Shown here: positions 43,429 to 57,730 of the stretch, piece after piece
Numbering within the stretch: the first letter of the stretch is position 1
Layout of the letters: each line of letters begins with the position of its first letter
Assembly (NCBI GenBank): GCA_012295275.1
Contig: CM022673.1
Coordinates: forward strand, 3,100,001 to 3,164,000
DNA length: 64,000 nucleotides
Reading direction: 5' to 3'
Origin: Chrysomallon squamiferum
Taxonomy: Eukaryota > Animalia > Mollusca
Notes under the pieces: generated by a model
Databases searched by the model: none
Told to the model about the DNA's origin: nothing
What the model saw: only the letters and a program-made list of their open reading frames with translations
Made by a program: the position numbers and the translations under genes

Positions 43429-45739
43429 TCAGATAAAACTATAATATTCAAACTCAGTTAAGATACGTTTCGCCCACCCATTGTCCCTCACTTTGAAGAC
43501 ATCCCAAGCTGACTAATAAAGATACTGAAATCTTCTCACTCCAGTGATAGCTACGTTTGATGAGTTAAGGCATTCTTGTCGTTACTGCTAACAGAAAAAA
43601 AAAAGCTGAATGTTTTGTTCTGCTACATTAGTGGTTGATAGCTACCAGTCGTACTCGATATCATCATTCATCCTTCTTCTCCGACGTGTCGCGGTTTTCT
43701 CTGTGAGACCTGTAGACTTTGAGAAAGCAGCTAAACGTTTAAGATTTCCTCGTCTGTTTCGTCAAGACCTCCGGTCGTCTGGTCTTTTCTTTATGACTGT
43801 CAGCATCATTACAGTGAGTCAAATGTGTAAAATGTTTAAATAAAATAAAACAGAAATCATTTCTATCTGTGTCTCACTTTCTGTATGTGTTTGTCTCTGG
43901 TAATGCTTGCCAATCTATAAATATGGAATATCTGTCTTCCTGTGTCTATCTATAGTTGTTGCTATTTTTATATTTGGCCTGCTTGTCTGCATTTCTACCA
44001 GTTTGTTTAATTATTAATTATCTGTCTGTCGATACGTGTGTATGTTAGCAAGTATTCATTTGTATATCAATCTATCTAACTGTCTACCTACCTCTAATTT
44101 AGCTGTCTGTCTGAATATCTTTTTATTTATATATCTATCTCTTTATCTATCTCTACCTCTTTATCTGTCTTTCTGTTAGATTATATTTTCAGAAAATAAA
44201 AGAGACAGAAATAAGAAAAGGAGAATAAGATACAAACAGAGAAAAACAAAGAAAAACCCCCAGAAAGATATTGTGAGAATCAGAGAAAGACACATTCAGT
44301 ATTCGTAACATGTCTGTACAATAAATATCTTAATATGTACCAGAAATAACATCAAGATGTGAAAGTTAAATTGTCTTCTTCAAAATTATTTTCCAACAGA
44401 AACACAACACACGCGCGTACGTTAAAATAAGGAAAAAATGGAGAGATTATTAAGCTAGATATACAGAGAGAAAGAAAAAGAAAGATACAGACAGATATAA
44501 AGAGACTCAGACGAAGATAGTATTCTTAAAATATCTGTTCAAAAATATTTTTATCTTAGCTAACAATAATTGCAAAAGGAGTTACATTAGGTAAACCATC
44601 GTCTTCAAAATTCTCCCTCTAACAGAAACACACATACAAAAAAAAAACTGTTTATCACTCAGCTCTTGCTTATAATTACATCTGTATCCTGCTTCTTGTA
44701 GTAAAAACATAAAAAAACCAATTTGGCATGTGTTTGTATGATTTAGACACCTGAGGAAGCTAATTCTCTAGAGCTGTCATCAGAACAGAATCGTCTGCTT
44801 ACAAAACAGACACACGATGTGTGCACTGCGGTGTGGGAATATGTTCCACGTGAGGCTAACTGAGGGAGCAACGAGGCTTCAAAGAAAATATCTTTCTGTT
44901 GTGAGACTGGAAGACGTTGTTTGTAGGTAACTGATACACTTTTATTTTAACCTGCTTGTTTAAATATGAATGTCTTTGTCATTGTAAATGTGTCTGTGTG
45001 TGTGCGTTTTTGTATGTGTGTTTGTACGTGTATTTGTGTATGTATGTGTGTGTTTTTTGAGTTTATATGTTTGTTTACTTCTATTTATCAATACATGGAC
45101 GAATAGATGTATGTATATGTATGTATATTCATATTCATACACACACACATATATACATACGTCTATATATACATCTATTCATACATATCTGTGTGTATGT
45201 TTGTATGAATATTTATATATATAAATGTGTGTTTGTATTTTTGTACGGATGTCCATTTCTTTATATATCACTATGTATGTACAAATGTCTTTCTGATACA
45301 TGACTGAATCATCACTGAAAGAGAATGTATCTAATACACTGTGAAAATGACTTCCATATGAGCATCACCAGGCAGTAACCGAGCTTTAAAGAAAATATCG
45401 TTTCGTTGTCCAACATGAAGAAGTTCTTTGTAAGTAACTGATACTGTTTTGTCCACGTGTTTATAGTAAACACATTGGCGTGTAGAGAGAAAACAGTTCT
45501 GAGTTGGTGTATGCACTGTCTTAGGTCGCTTTTACACTACTCGTATCGTGTTTAGATGATTCTTTTGTCATTGTTTATAAGTTATTATGTTATGTGTCTT
45601 TTGAATAGGGCTGTTTGTTTTGTTAGTTATTGGAATTATATGATTTTTTATTATTATTACCACTGTGACTGTTTCTACAACTACTGTTGCTATTAATTGT
45701 AATCTGCTGCTGCTGTTACGACTACTACTACTACTATTA

Positions 45740-45777
<38 letters not shown>

Positions 45778-46639
45778 TTTATTATTACAATTATTAATTT
45801 TAAAGTCATTATTATTTTCATTACTACTAGAACTACTGCTACTACAATTACATGTATCAATGTTTTATTACTGTTATTGTTTTTTATATATATTATTACT
45901 GTTTTTATTATTATGATTATGATTATTATTATTATTAGTTCCATTTTAAATTAACTGTTATAAACAGATAATTATATATATATATATATAAACCCACACA
46001 CACATACAGACGTAAGTACATGTGTTCTTATAACTCTCACGTGAAAAAAATAAAATTTCATTAATTGAATTTTGTAACAATCTGTTGTTGTGACATTTGT
46101 TTCAGTGTAGTTGTTCCTGAGGCAACAGATAAAAGAAATGTAGCAATTCAATTCACTACTTATTGTAATTGATTCTACAGCTTGATCAATGAAAACGTTT
46201 CAGTTTTGAGTTATCACAGGGTTTTTTTTGCTGTTTTTTCTTTTAAAAAGATTCTTTTTTTAAATAAATCATTTTCTTTTAACATCTGCACAGCTAAATC
46301 TACACAGTTCAGTTACTTTTTCCACTTCATCATTCACTTATGATAATATCACACTTTCGTTGGACATTGTTTTTCAGATGACATTTTCCTAAATAACTTC
46401 ATTACTTCATCTGTCTCTTAACAAAAATATTTCATCAATATAACTTTTACTGACATTTAAAAATCTAACTGTCTATGGCATGTATTAAAACTATAGTGTA
46501 AAAAGTTTTTAATATTTAATACTTAAGTTGTGTATTAGTTTATTTTCCATTAATGGAATCAACTTTTCATCAATGACTGGTACCTAATTCCCAATGTTTC
46601 AGTCCATTTTGGGCTGGAAAATGCCAATGGGGCAAGGTA

Positions 46640-46765
46640 GCTTTTCAGCAAGTAGTGTATTATTGATGTAGAAAAAGCTGTGGTATGTGTTGTTCTAGGT
46701 AAGAATAACCCCTGATAGTATGTTAGGTACAACGCGGTTTTCCTTTCTCAAATTATAAAATAACA
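46640..46765 (+). mobile_element. SINE remnant
   Basis: aaagctgtggtatgtgttgttct...gcggtttcctttctc resembles the other SINE copies in the window. Confidence 0.4.
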
Positions 46766-48009
46766 AAACTAACATAATTATAACAAAAATAAAAATTTAA
46801 AAATTATAAACTGACATGAAATAAATATTAAATAATTACCTTCATTTATGCAGAACTTCAAAATAAATGGCATTTACAATGTTTATTCTGTCCTTTTTTA
46901 TTTCTTCTTGTTGTTTTTCAAAAGTTAAGAATAGAAAATTATCTGCCACAGTATAGCATGCCTCTTCTTTCACAGTTTAATTTTATCAAATTTGAGTAAA
47001 ACAGCTGTTGTCTGAGTTAGAAAAAATCTTTTATCATGTCACTTCCACATTCTTGAATTCTTTACTCATTTTCTCATCTTTTTTTCTTTTTAAATATTGC
47101 TGAAATAATTCTCAGAAATGGTTTTAGCAGATAAGTTGAAGACAGATTTACATATTCCATATATTTATATACTTCATTTTAAAAAGGTATGTATATATAT
47201 ATACAAGAAAATAAAACAAACTCTTACTTAAAACATCAATATTTTTTTCAGTGTTAGTTTTAAGAAAAGTTAACTTGAATCTTGGCTTCATAATAGATTT
47301 TAAAATTTGGTTTGTCCTTTTTTTCACAAATAAATTTTACAATTAAATAATTTAAAATCTATGACTTTTGTTTGATGTTTAATTTCCTCCATGCTGGTAC
47401 TGCCAGTCAACTGATATCAAAGAAATCTCTTCACCTTTTAAAAAACAAATAAACAAAAATGTTAAATTCATCCATCAAAGATTCACTAATATTATGTTTT
47501 TATTTTCTGAAGGATTACAGATGAAGACAAATGTAATTAAGCTTGTTTTTGAAAACAGATTATCAGAAACATTTTCTGTATCAATCAGTATAATTCAGTT
47601 TTAATACAGACTCTTCACAGCTAAAAGTCCAGGGGGCTTGTTTCATCTCTGATATATTAGAATTATTTAAATGATGACTTAAACTGTGCTGGAATAAAAA
47701 AAAGTACAATAAATTTCTCTGAAATGAAATAAAAGAGGGTTGTTTTTAATAATTTTATTTGAAGTACAAATAAAAGAGTGGGTGGAAAATTTGTATTTAA
47801 ATGTTTTTTGAATAATTTAAAAAAAATATCAGATATTATTTAAAATAAAAATGTGGAAGAATGCTTGGTCTGGGTATGGTAAAAATCTTGATGAAAGAAA
47901 TATTAAAATGTTTAAATCTATCACAGTTCAAGAATGCTTGCTGAATGTATGACAGAAATAGTTATGATGGTAGTACTACACACACACTTATGTTCAAGCA
48001 CTTCTTTCA

Positions 48010-48935
48010 TACAAAAGAACATGCCCACAGTTTTTAGATGATATCTGAAAAAATAATGAAGTAATAATGAAGTAATTATGAAGTAATTATGCATAGTAAA
48101 GTATAAATACACATGTAAGAGGCCTATTCTACAGATTTCACAAAAAGTCTCATCCTTGGAGGAAATGTAGCTGGAAAGAAGTAAGTAATAATTAATTATA
48201 TATAATGCTCTTTTAAAATCCAAGTATGCTTAACTTATAACCTTCACTAATGTCTTATCCTTATTAAATATATGTCTGGAATGAAAGAACACAGCCTACA
48301 ATTTTAAGTAGATATCTGGAAAAATGACTAGATATAATGAAGCAACAGTAAAGTAATTATGCTTAGTAAATTATAAAAACATGTAGTATGGGATTGACCT
48401 ACAACTTTCACCAAAAGACTCATCCATGTTAGAAATATATCCAGTAATGATTAATTACATACATATATATATATATTGATGTTTATCAAAATCCAAGTAC
48501 ACTTGTTAAGGGCTTGACGTGTAACTTTCACCAAAAGTTTCATCCATGTTAGAGATATGTCTGGAAGGAAAGAACATAGTCTACAGTTTTAAGCAGTTAT
48601 CTGAAAAAATGACTAGATGTAATGACTAGCAATAATGAAATAATTATGCTCACTAAATTATAAGTATGCATGTCATCACGAACCCAGTCCACAAGTTTCA
48701 CCAAATTTCTCTCATCCATGTCAGAAATTTATCTAGAAATAAATAAATAATAATTAATTTTAAATACTGGTGCTCATTAATATCCAGGTCCTGAATTATA
48801 ACTTTCAGCAAATGTCTGATCCATGTGAGAAATTTCTAGAAAGAAGGACAAAATAATGAATTATATGTAGAGAGTCAATAAAGTGAAAGTTTGCTTCACC
48901 TACAGCTTTCACCAGATGTCTTATCCATGTTATGA
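48010..48935. repeat. Degenerate long-period tandem repeat
   Basis: Motif (a)actttcaccaaa...tcatccatgttaga recurs at about 48130, 48237, 48400, 48522, 48690, 48798 and 48901. Confidence 0.7.
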
Positions 48936-49843
48936 AGAAAAGAAAAAAATTGTTTTAAAATGTTTGTCAAGATTCAGTGGCAGTAGCAATGTTTTAGTCT
49001 CATTTAAAGTCTCATTTGTGTCTTTGGACTGTTAAAGCTACATGGCTGTAGAAAAAGAAAAATTAAATATATTAAATATTGTCTGATAATAATATCCTAC
49101 TAACAAATCTTGTGTTTCTCTGTTGGTATTCATGTGCATATGAGTGTGTGTGTATATATTAGTGGACAACTTAATATAAATGTATATTTACATGTGCTAG
49201 TGCATTAGTGTGCATGTCTGTGTGTGTGTGTGTGTACATGTATGTGTACCTGTGTCTCTCTGTGTGTATGTGTTTGCAATACACATGCAGCTCCACACTC
49301 AGATGTGTCCTGTAAGAATCATTTTATTTCATAAATGACCTTGATTAGGGGTAAAAAAGCAATACAACAACAAAATTGTTCTCGTGACATCAGTTATTAA
49401 CTCCTTTTTACTCAAAATCTATTGCTTTAGCTTTGATTTAATAAGAAAAATATCTATGTTGACATTTCACAAAAAGAATAATCAGATTTCATGTCTGACC
49501 AGGTTTTGCTACAACAGAACTGAATCATTTGCAGTGGAAATAATGACTTGATATAAAACTGGAGAAGAGTCCTCAAGGGCAGAAAAACAATTTGGAGCAT
49601 AGCAGCTGACTGTCGTACTAGCAGGTAATCAGGGAATTGTTTTGTAAACTGCATCAGATGACTTCATCATTTTCAGTCCATGGAAGAAATGTGCTGTGTA
49701 GACTACTCTAGTTTATGTCAGTATGTGTAAATTTGTAATAGTTTGTGTGTGTGTACATCAGTGTGTCAGTGTTCTTATTAATAAGACAGTATGTGTATTG
49801 AATGTGTGAGGTTGTCAGAATTAGGACATATATATATATATGT

Positions 49844-49902
<59 letters not shown>

Positions 49903-50964
49903 TGAATAGCAAGTAATTCAGTGACCATAAATGCTGAAAAGTATCTAGTAATCATATCCTGCCACTATGTAAAGTGATTGCATGATAAATAAATAAATAT
50001 ATAAAATATTGTGTTACATGTAACAGTGATATATAACAGAAAAGCTTTTAAAAATGCACCTTTCCAGAGATACTAGAGTTGTTTTTGGTAAAGGCAGGTG
50101 GTTGGATTGGGCAATAACTCAGTGGGTGCACCATGAAGGATTGGAACCTCTAAAGCATGGATAATACTTTAATTTTTAAACTAAAGTTCACTCTCACTGA
50201 ATGTTTGTAAATGTTTAGTTTCTGTTTTACCTTTATAACCATTGTTATTTTTGGCTAATACTATAGTAAATATTGTTGTAGACACAATGATACTAATAAC
50301 CATGACTTTTATCATGCGAAAAGACTGTTAGCCAAGACATAGCGTTCCTCTAAGTATGAGGCATTCCTGTTTGACATAGCAGTAGTCACTTGTAGTGGAG
50401 ATATTTCATCAGTAATTACATTCCTTTCTTTCTCACATGTTCTCTTGCTTGTCAGCCAAAAGGACAACAAAACAAAAAAACAAAAAAGAAAGAAAAAAAA
50501 AGATTTAATTAGTACATGGATATATGTTTTTGGTTTTAATTTTCTCATTATGTTGAGGAGAGTTGCAGGGATAGATTGTATATTTCTTTTTGTTTGTTTG
50601 TTTGTCTGTCTTTTTTTTTAGTTATTTATTCATCTCTTTTAGCTGAATTTTGTTTTAAAATTATTTTTGTTTTTATTTCTTCATTAGTTTTCATTTATTT
50701 AATATTAATTATTTTAATATATAATTAACTCATTAATTTATTAATTTATTACAAATACCCCAGCCAAAAAAATAAAAAAAAACCTTATTCAAGATTCCCC
50801 CAAAACATTTTAATGTTTATACCTAAGTCCAGATAAAATAATTATATTTTGAAGTTCCAGTTTAAGCTTCTGCACCTTGTGTGAATTAAATTTCTTAATT
50901 AGACATAAAAGTTATAACTGGTAAATTTACATTTTTGCTCAAAATCTCAGCAAGAATGACAGAA

Positions 50965-51200
50965 CATATCATTATATCAGAACCTGCTTCTATTAAAACT
51001 AAGATACCAGAATCTACTACTATTAAAACAATCATATCAGAATCAACCACTCTTGAAACACTACCATAACCCTGACTATTAAAAAAGTAATGCCAGAATC
51101 CACCACAATTAAAACTATGACACTACCACTATTAAAATTCTGATTCCAGAATATACCAGTGTTAAAACTGTGATACCAGAACCTGCCATTATTAAAACTA
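50965..51200. repeat. Degenerate ~30-bp minisatellite (approx. ataccagaatctactactattaaaact)
   Basis: Repeated ccagaa...attaaaac units. Confidence 0.65.
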
Positions 51201-51502
51201 AGAAAGCAGCACAACAGCTGCTGAAACTGTAAGGACACAAGTTCTGATTTTTTGTAAGTAAATCAACCAAACTAACAGCTGAATTTTACTGTGAAACTCT
51301 GTCTTAAAAATAAAATAAACAAAGAAAGAAAGCATGTTTGAAATCTAATATCTGTTATATGTAAATATAACTTGTTGATCATTCCAGTACTCATTTATTC
51401 AATTTTTTTTCACCATTTAGCTCTAGTATTGTCTGTCTAAGCAAATGAAGTGTGGTTGAAGAACAAAAATATGGCACCAAAGTGAGTGTTCTTGTTTGTT
51501 CT

Positions 51503-51575
51503 TTTGGAATCTCTCTGTGTTTTTATTAGGGTTTGGAATCTCTCTGTGTTTTTATTAGGGTTTGGTTCTCTGTGT
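51503..51575. repeat. 29-bp tandem repeat (about 2.5 copies)
   Basis: tttggaatctctctgtgtttttattaggg occurs twice plus a partial copy. Confidence 0.85.
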
Positions 51576-53699
51576 GTTGGCAGAGGTATGTCTGTGTGGA
51601 TGTTAAGTTAATGCAGCAGAAGCTGTGAAAACATGGTATGCTGAAAATGGCATGTCTCTTGTTAATTAAGTTAATGCAAAACAAACAGTAAAAAAATATT
51701 ATATTATCTACAGCAGGTTCTTCTCTCTGGTTTTACTCTTTTTTTATTTCTTTTTCTTTTTTTTTTTTTTTTTTTTTTTTAGCAGTCTGATTCATGAAGA
51801 CTCGAGTTACCTGTTTGTCACAGATGTTACCTGGATTATTATAGAAAGTGTTTATTATTTCAAACATGATGTATCAAATAACATTTCTTTTTTTTTTTTG
51901 TTGTTGAATTTTTTTTTTTTTTTTTAGTATAACCAGAAAATAAATATTATTTTAGAAAATGTTTGCATAAAGTACAACGAAAATATATTTCTTGAAAAAA
52001 ATATGAAATTCAGCTATGAATGCAAATATTTTATTTATTAACTGAAAGGAATATAATCACTATCTTTGTGTTAATAAAAAAAATAAATACCAGTGTGTGG
52101 AAATAAAAACATCATTTCATGATATTAACATCATACACTGTTATTAAATAAGAGCAAGTGTATTTTTGTAATTATGTGTTTGTGTATAACTACATTTATT
52201 TATTATTTATAATATGTTCTTAACAATTCCAGTATTCTTATTAATTCCAGAATATTTATGAGATAAAACTTTCTGCAGCTCAGTGTTTTGCATGTCTAAA
52301 TCAGGCCCCAGGATGCTCTGGCAGAGTCTAAGTGTGGCCATGTTCTGGTTACATGTAATCTTATATAAATAAGTGTACAGAACTCACAGGATCCTTCGTG
52401 AATATAGTTTGTTTTAAATCAATACTTGATCTAATGTAGGGTTCTTACACTTCAGTGAAGTGCTTATCTTTGATATCTGCAGATCACAAAACTTCAAACA
52501 ACTTATAATAGGAATTGCTGGCATAATAGAACGCTATTAACTATGACACAAGATGGTTTGGATTTTGCACTGATTATATATCTGAATATCAAAACACACA
52601 GAGAAAGATGCATGTTGTTGTTTATAATCTCTATACATGTATCCCTTTATTTGCTTTCATATCTGGTTACCTAAATATTTGGAATTATATCTACAGAATT
52701 ATCTGTTCTTTAAAAATAATAATAATAATAATAACAAAAATGATGATGATGATGATGATGATGGTTACCATCATCATGGTGAAGATAATGACAACAATAG
52801 AAATAAAATATCACATAATAATATTATCAAAAACAAAAGCCACCATTCACAAACAACAACAACAACAACAAAATACAAAAATCTTTCACCACATTTAAAA
52901 TCTCTCTTAGGCAACTTCTGTTTTCTGGTTACTGTTTCTCATCAAAAATGTTGTGGATTTTAAAACAGATTTTGGTGGTTAATTATGTGATGATTAATAG
53001 ACTTTGATTAATTTACCATCAGTTACAAAACAACGGTTTTTAGACTGGAACATCCTGATTATCAAATTACAGAACTCTGGGTTTACTGAGTGCTGCTTTG
53101 AGTCTCTGACTACAGTTAAATATCATGTCTCGGATAACACAGTGCAAGTAGAAAAAAAAAAAAAAAAAAAGAATGAAATGTCTAATTTAACACCCCAGTC
53201 AGCAGATTTGTTCTTGTTTGGTTACATAATAGCATCATACACATGGTCTAGGACCACACTGATATTGTATTTATGGACTACTCTATTTCTGATTAGCAGC
53301 AAGAGATCTTTTATTTGAACCTTCTCATAAACAGTCTTTTGTAAACCATTTTTGGAGCTGGCTGCATCAGGAATACTGGAGTACTAGATAAAGAAAAAAA
53401 AAAGAAAACAAAAAAAAAAATGTAAATGTAGTTTGTGTGTATCACAAATATATTGTTAGCTGATATCAGAAAATGTCAAGAGTAAAATATATGCCATCTT
53501 GCAAGAGACAATTTATGTTGCCATTGATAATAAAAACAGTTTTTTGTTTTTAAAATGTCTTATCCTGAAATAAATAAATAAATAAATGAAGTATAATGTG
53601 AATTCCAGTATTAACATCATGATGAAGTAAACAATTTATGTAAACAAATAATGTGTGACTCATTTTTCAAACATCTTCACAAACCTTGTGGAGGAAACT

Positions 53700-53915
53700 G
53701 ATAAATTAGTTATGATAAAAAAAATAATTTCTCTAACATTATCATTATAATGATAAAGCTAATTCTAAAATAATGTATCTCATATTTTCATATAATGATG
53801 AAGACAATCCATAAATAATTTTCTCATAATATCATATACTGATAAAGATAATCCTAAAATAATTTCTTTCATATTCTCATATAATCATCAAGAAAATACC
53901 AAAATAATTTCTCTC
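53700..53915. repeat. Degenerate ~40-bp tandem repeat
   Basis: ataatgataaag...aaaataatttctctcata units, about 5 copies. Confidence 0.6.
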
Positions 53916-56900
53916 AGGTGTAAGTTGAGCAGCAGACTGGTTCTTCTTGTTATTAAACTCGTAAAAAGTTTCTAACGTGTTTCTGGTTAATTATTTCTTA
54001 TTCCCACTGCTCATTTCTTATTTCCTAATATTTAATAAGTAAGGATGGGGTGTGGGTGTGGGTAATTTCTGCATGCTTCAAAGAACAGTCCAAGCACACC
54101 TATGTTACAGACACAACCTCTGACTCTAAACCAAAGAGTTCTGCACTAGACTGGAGTCAGTGGACTGGTTTAACTGGTACACAGAGTGTGTGATATCATA
54201 CAGTGTAATATAATTACTAATAACTGAGTAGTGTGGGTTGTTGTTATTTCCCAATCCAACCACTCTTTGGTAAATGAAATATTAGAGGTGCTAACTATAT
54301 TGTTTGAAGAAGAGAATTTTTATTTATTTATTTATTTATTTTTGTTATATAAAATGTGAATTAAAAATTATAAAATTATTATATTTTTTATGAAAATAAC
54401 TTGGTGCCAGTTTAATAATAATAATGGTAGTAGTTGTAGTATTAGTAGTAATAGTAATAGTAGTAGTAGTTGTAATAGTAATAATAATAATAATAAAAAG
54501 AACAACGATGAAAATAACAATAATAATAATATCAGCAACAAGAGCCCATCATCAACAACAACAATTTAAATAATGCAGTACATCTTGTAATTTTGCTGTA
54601 TGCTTTGCCTTGACAGGTGGAATTTAAAAAAAAAAAAACAAAAAAAAAACTTTAAAACTCCATTCTGGGATAATTATAAAAGTCAATCTAAGTTGATAGT
54701 CTCATTTCACTGAGAAAGATCCTTGAGGAAAAATGCTCTTAAAATGTTGCTAGTTAATAGATTTATTTTATTTTTGGCATAGACATTTTCACATAACTAC
54801 AGAGTAATTTAACATACATTTCTTTTGAGAATGTTTACTTTTCTTTTGACTCTTGGAATAATGGATTTCTTTCCTTATTGGCACTGATGAAAATTCCAGT
54901 TGATCTGGCAGTCAGCCATGCTGTTTTACACTTTTATTTGCTTTTATCTGCTGCTTTTTTTAAATCTGAAAAAAAGAAAAAAGTTATATTTGTTTGTGTG
55001 TGTGTGTGTGTGTGATCATTTTATTATTACAAATAATAGTGATAATTATTGTCATCATCATCATTATGTTCATTACTATTAGTATTATTATTGTTATCAT
55101 CATTGTTATCATCACTGTAATTGTATTTAAGTTTTGTTTGTAGAACTGTTGTAACTAACAAATAACTGAATGAGTGAACTGATACCATTTACCTGTGGAA
55201 GAAAAAAAAAGAAAAAAGTTAGAAACAAAAAATTAAACTGTTTTTCAGTAAGCTTTTTGAATTAACACCTACTTTTCAGACTGAATTCTCACTTACATCA
55301 TTACTTAGGCTTAACACTGGAGCTCTGGTTTGAACAGGATATAACCTAATAATAATAGCACTGAGGAAAACTATTCCACAGGATTAGTGCATTAGTAGAG
55401 AGCCAAAGTTCACCCTGCATTATTAACTAATAAGAATGAATGACACCTCTGTATGAAAACTATAACAGCTATTGGTTACCACACTGTAGTAAAGGCAAAT
55501 TATGATGCTGGCAAGTATAAACATTTCAACAGTTAAATTATAACACAGTGCACAAAATTAACTAACACGATAAAGAAGGTATCGGTAAACAAGTTTAGAT
55601 AACATATCTGCACTCTCAGACAAGCCTTATTCTTCTAATATCAACAGGAGACATGGAAAACGTTAATAGCTGATAAACATGTGACTAATGTAATTGCTGT
55701 AATGCAATCAGAACCAACCCGAATTCGCGGACATCTCAGAATCTGTTACCAGATCAAACTAAGACCTCTAACAAAGTACACCACTTTTATTAAATCGACA
55801 CTTTTGACATCCAAGTGTGCCTGCACAACACTTAACCCAATGACTGTAATGGATTCCTCGCTGTTAAACCATCTCAAATTCAAACAGAAATCCTGAAATT
55901 TGAGCAGAATAAACAGGGTTATTTACAAATCATTTATTTTATTGCTTACTATATGCCAGCACGGCCATCCTTACATGACCATGACCAATCACGAAGGGCC
56001 ACGAAGAATATTCGCACAAAGACAGAATCAGACAGGATGTTCCGGAAGTCGGTGACATCCACTGAGATAATTTGTTCTTTTAAAGTATTAATGGTCGAAA
56101 AATCGTGTTTCAGTGTGGCAGTTTGCAGTGGTCAAATTTGTCTTGATTACACGGTGCTCTCCTGTCTCGGCACTTAAAACAGCGCTTTTCTGGCACTTAG
56201 CAAAGCTCTCAAGTTGGTATTTATTCTGAAGTTCATGTCCAGCCTGATTATCAGTGATGTGTGACCATTTTGATCTGTGGTCGTTTCTAGACTGTGGTAA
56301 TATCCATTAAGTGCTGTAAAAATCCCTCATTTATCAAGATGTCCACATCGGTGACATCTTCTTTTCACCTTATTTTATTTACCTTTTGTTCCTCCATTTT
56401 TTTCTTTTTTTTTCTCAATTGTTCAAATGGCGGTTAATCCATCTGTCTGAACGTCTTTTGTGTCTCAGTCTATCTGTCTCACTGTTCAAATGTCTGATCA
56501 CTAATTTTTGTTTGTATATTCATTCATTCATTCATTCATTATATTTTGATATTTATACCATTTAAATATTTGCTCGTTTTCTTAGAAGGAATATATTAAC
56601 ATTTCATCCCATACTTGCACTCAAATTTATATTCTTATCAAAATGTCCATTCAGAATAACAAATTCTATCTCGACTTCTGTCATGATAACAGTTTCTACC
56701 GTCAATATCCATTTGAAGAAGCAGCACTGGGTTGGTTGTTCATTTTTGTAATGTCATTGTTTCAGTTTGTTACCACTAAATTAGTTTTTGTGTGACTTGC
56801 ATGCTAAAATAATAATTAATTCTATTTTAGAGATGTAATCAGATCAGTTGTTTAATTCAATATAAGCAATTTCAGTGCCATAATTAAATTGATGTAAATT

Positions 56901-57429
56901 GTTTTCTTTCTTTCTTTTTTTTCAAATTTTTTGTTTTTTTATTTATCTTTCTGTTAATTTTTTGTTGTTATTTTAGTTTTGGATGTTTGTCAATGATATA
57001 TCAATCAAAAAAAAAAAAATAATAAATAAATAAATAAATAATAATAAAATGTTTAATAAAATATCAATGGTTATATTTTAAGATTATATTAAATAAAATT
57101 TATTATTTATACTGTACTTTTTTTTTTCTAAGCATATAAGTAGACAGATATAAATTCTCTCTCTCACACACACACACACACATCAGGTATTTTCAAATAT
57201 GTGTGGTTGAACAGTTAAAGTAAAAACAAAAAAATGTTGATATTGTACTTCCCCATGTGTGCGTGAGCTAATTAAAATATGCACTGTCTTAGAAATAATT
57301 AATGGCCTGTTTTTCCCACTGTGGCAGAATCCTCACTAATTGTGCAATAAAAGAAATATTTGATGACCTGCTCTTTCTCTAATCTCCAATTACTTTTGTT
57401 GATGTTCATAACTCACGAAGTAATCTTAT

Positions 57430-57730
57430 GTAGATTGAGCATTCCTTGTCTGAAATGCTTGGAGAGGGAAGTGTAGATTGAAAATTACTTGTCTATAATG
57501 TTTTGGGAGGGAAGAGTAGATTGAAAATTACTTGTCTATAATGTTTTGGGAGGGAAGTGTAGATTGAAAATTACTTGTCTATAATGTTTTGGGAGGGAAG
57601 AGTAGATTGAAAATTACTTGTCTATAATGTTTTGGGAGGGAAGTGTAGATTGAAAATTACTTGTCTATAATGTTTTGGGAGGGAAGTGTAGATTGAGCAT
57701 TACTTGTTTAAAATGCTTGGCGAGGGAAGT
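57430..57730. repeat. 43-bp minisatellite, 7 copies, derived from the transposon left end
   Basis: gtagattgaaaattacttgtctataatgttttgggagggaag(a/t) at 57430, 57473, 57516, 57559, 57602, 57645 and 57688. Confidence 0.93.

Noticed and set aside
50957-51200. Mucin-like decapeptide repeat (IPESTTIKT)
   Set aside because: The frame is broken by stops and indels and there are no splice sites, so it is treated as a non-coding minisatellite.
57430-57730. CRISPR-like appearance of regular repeats (also 63521-63875 and 32635-32716)
   Set aside because: There are no unique spacers and no cas genes, and the context is eukaryotic and intron-rich.
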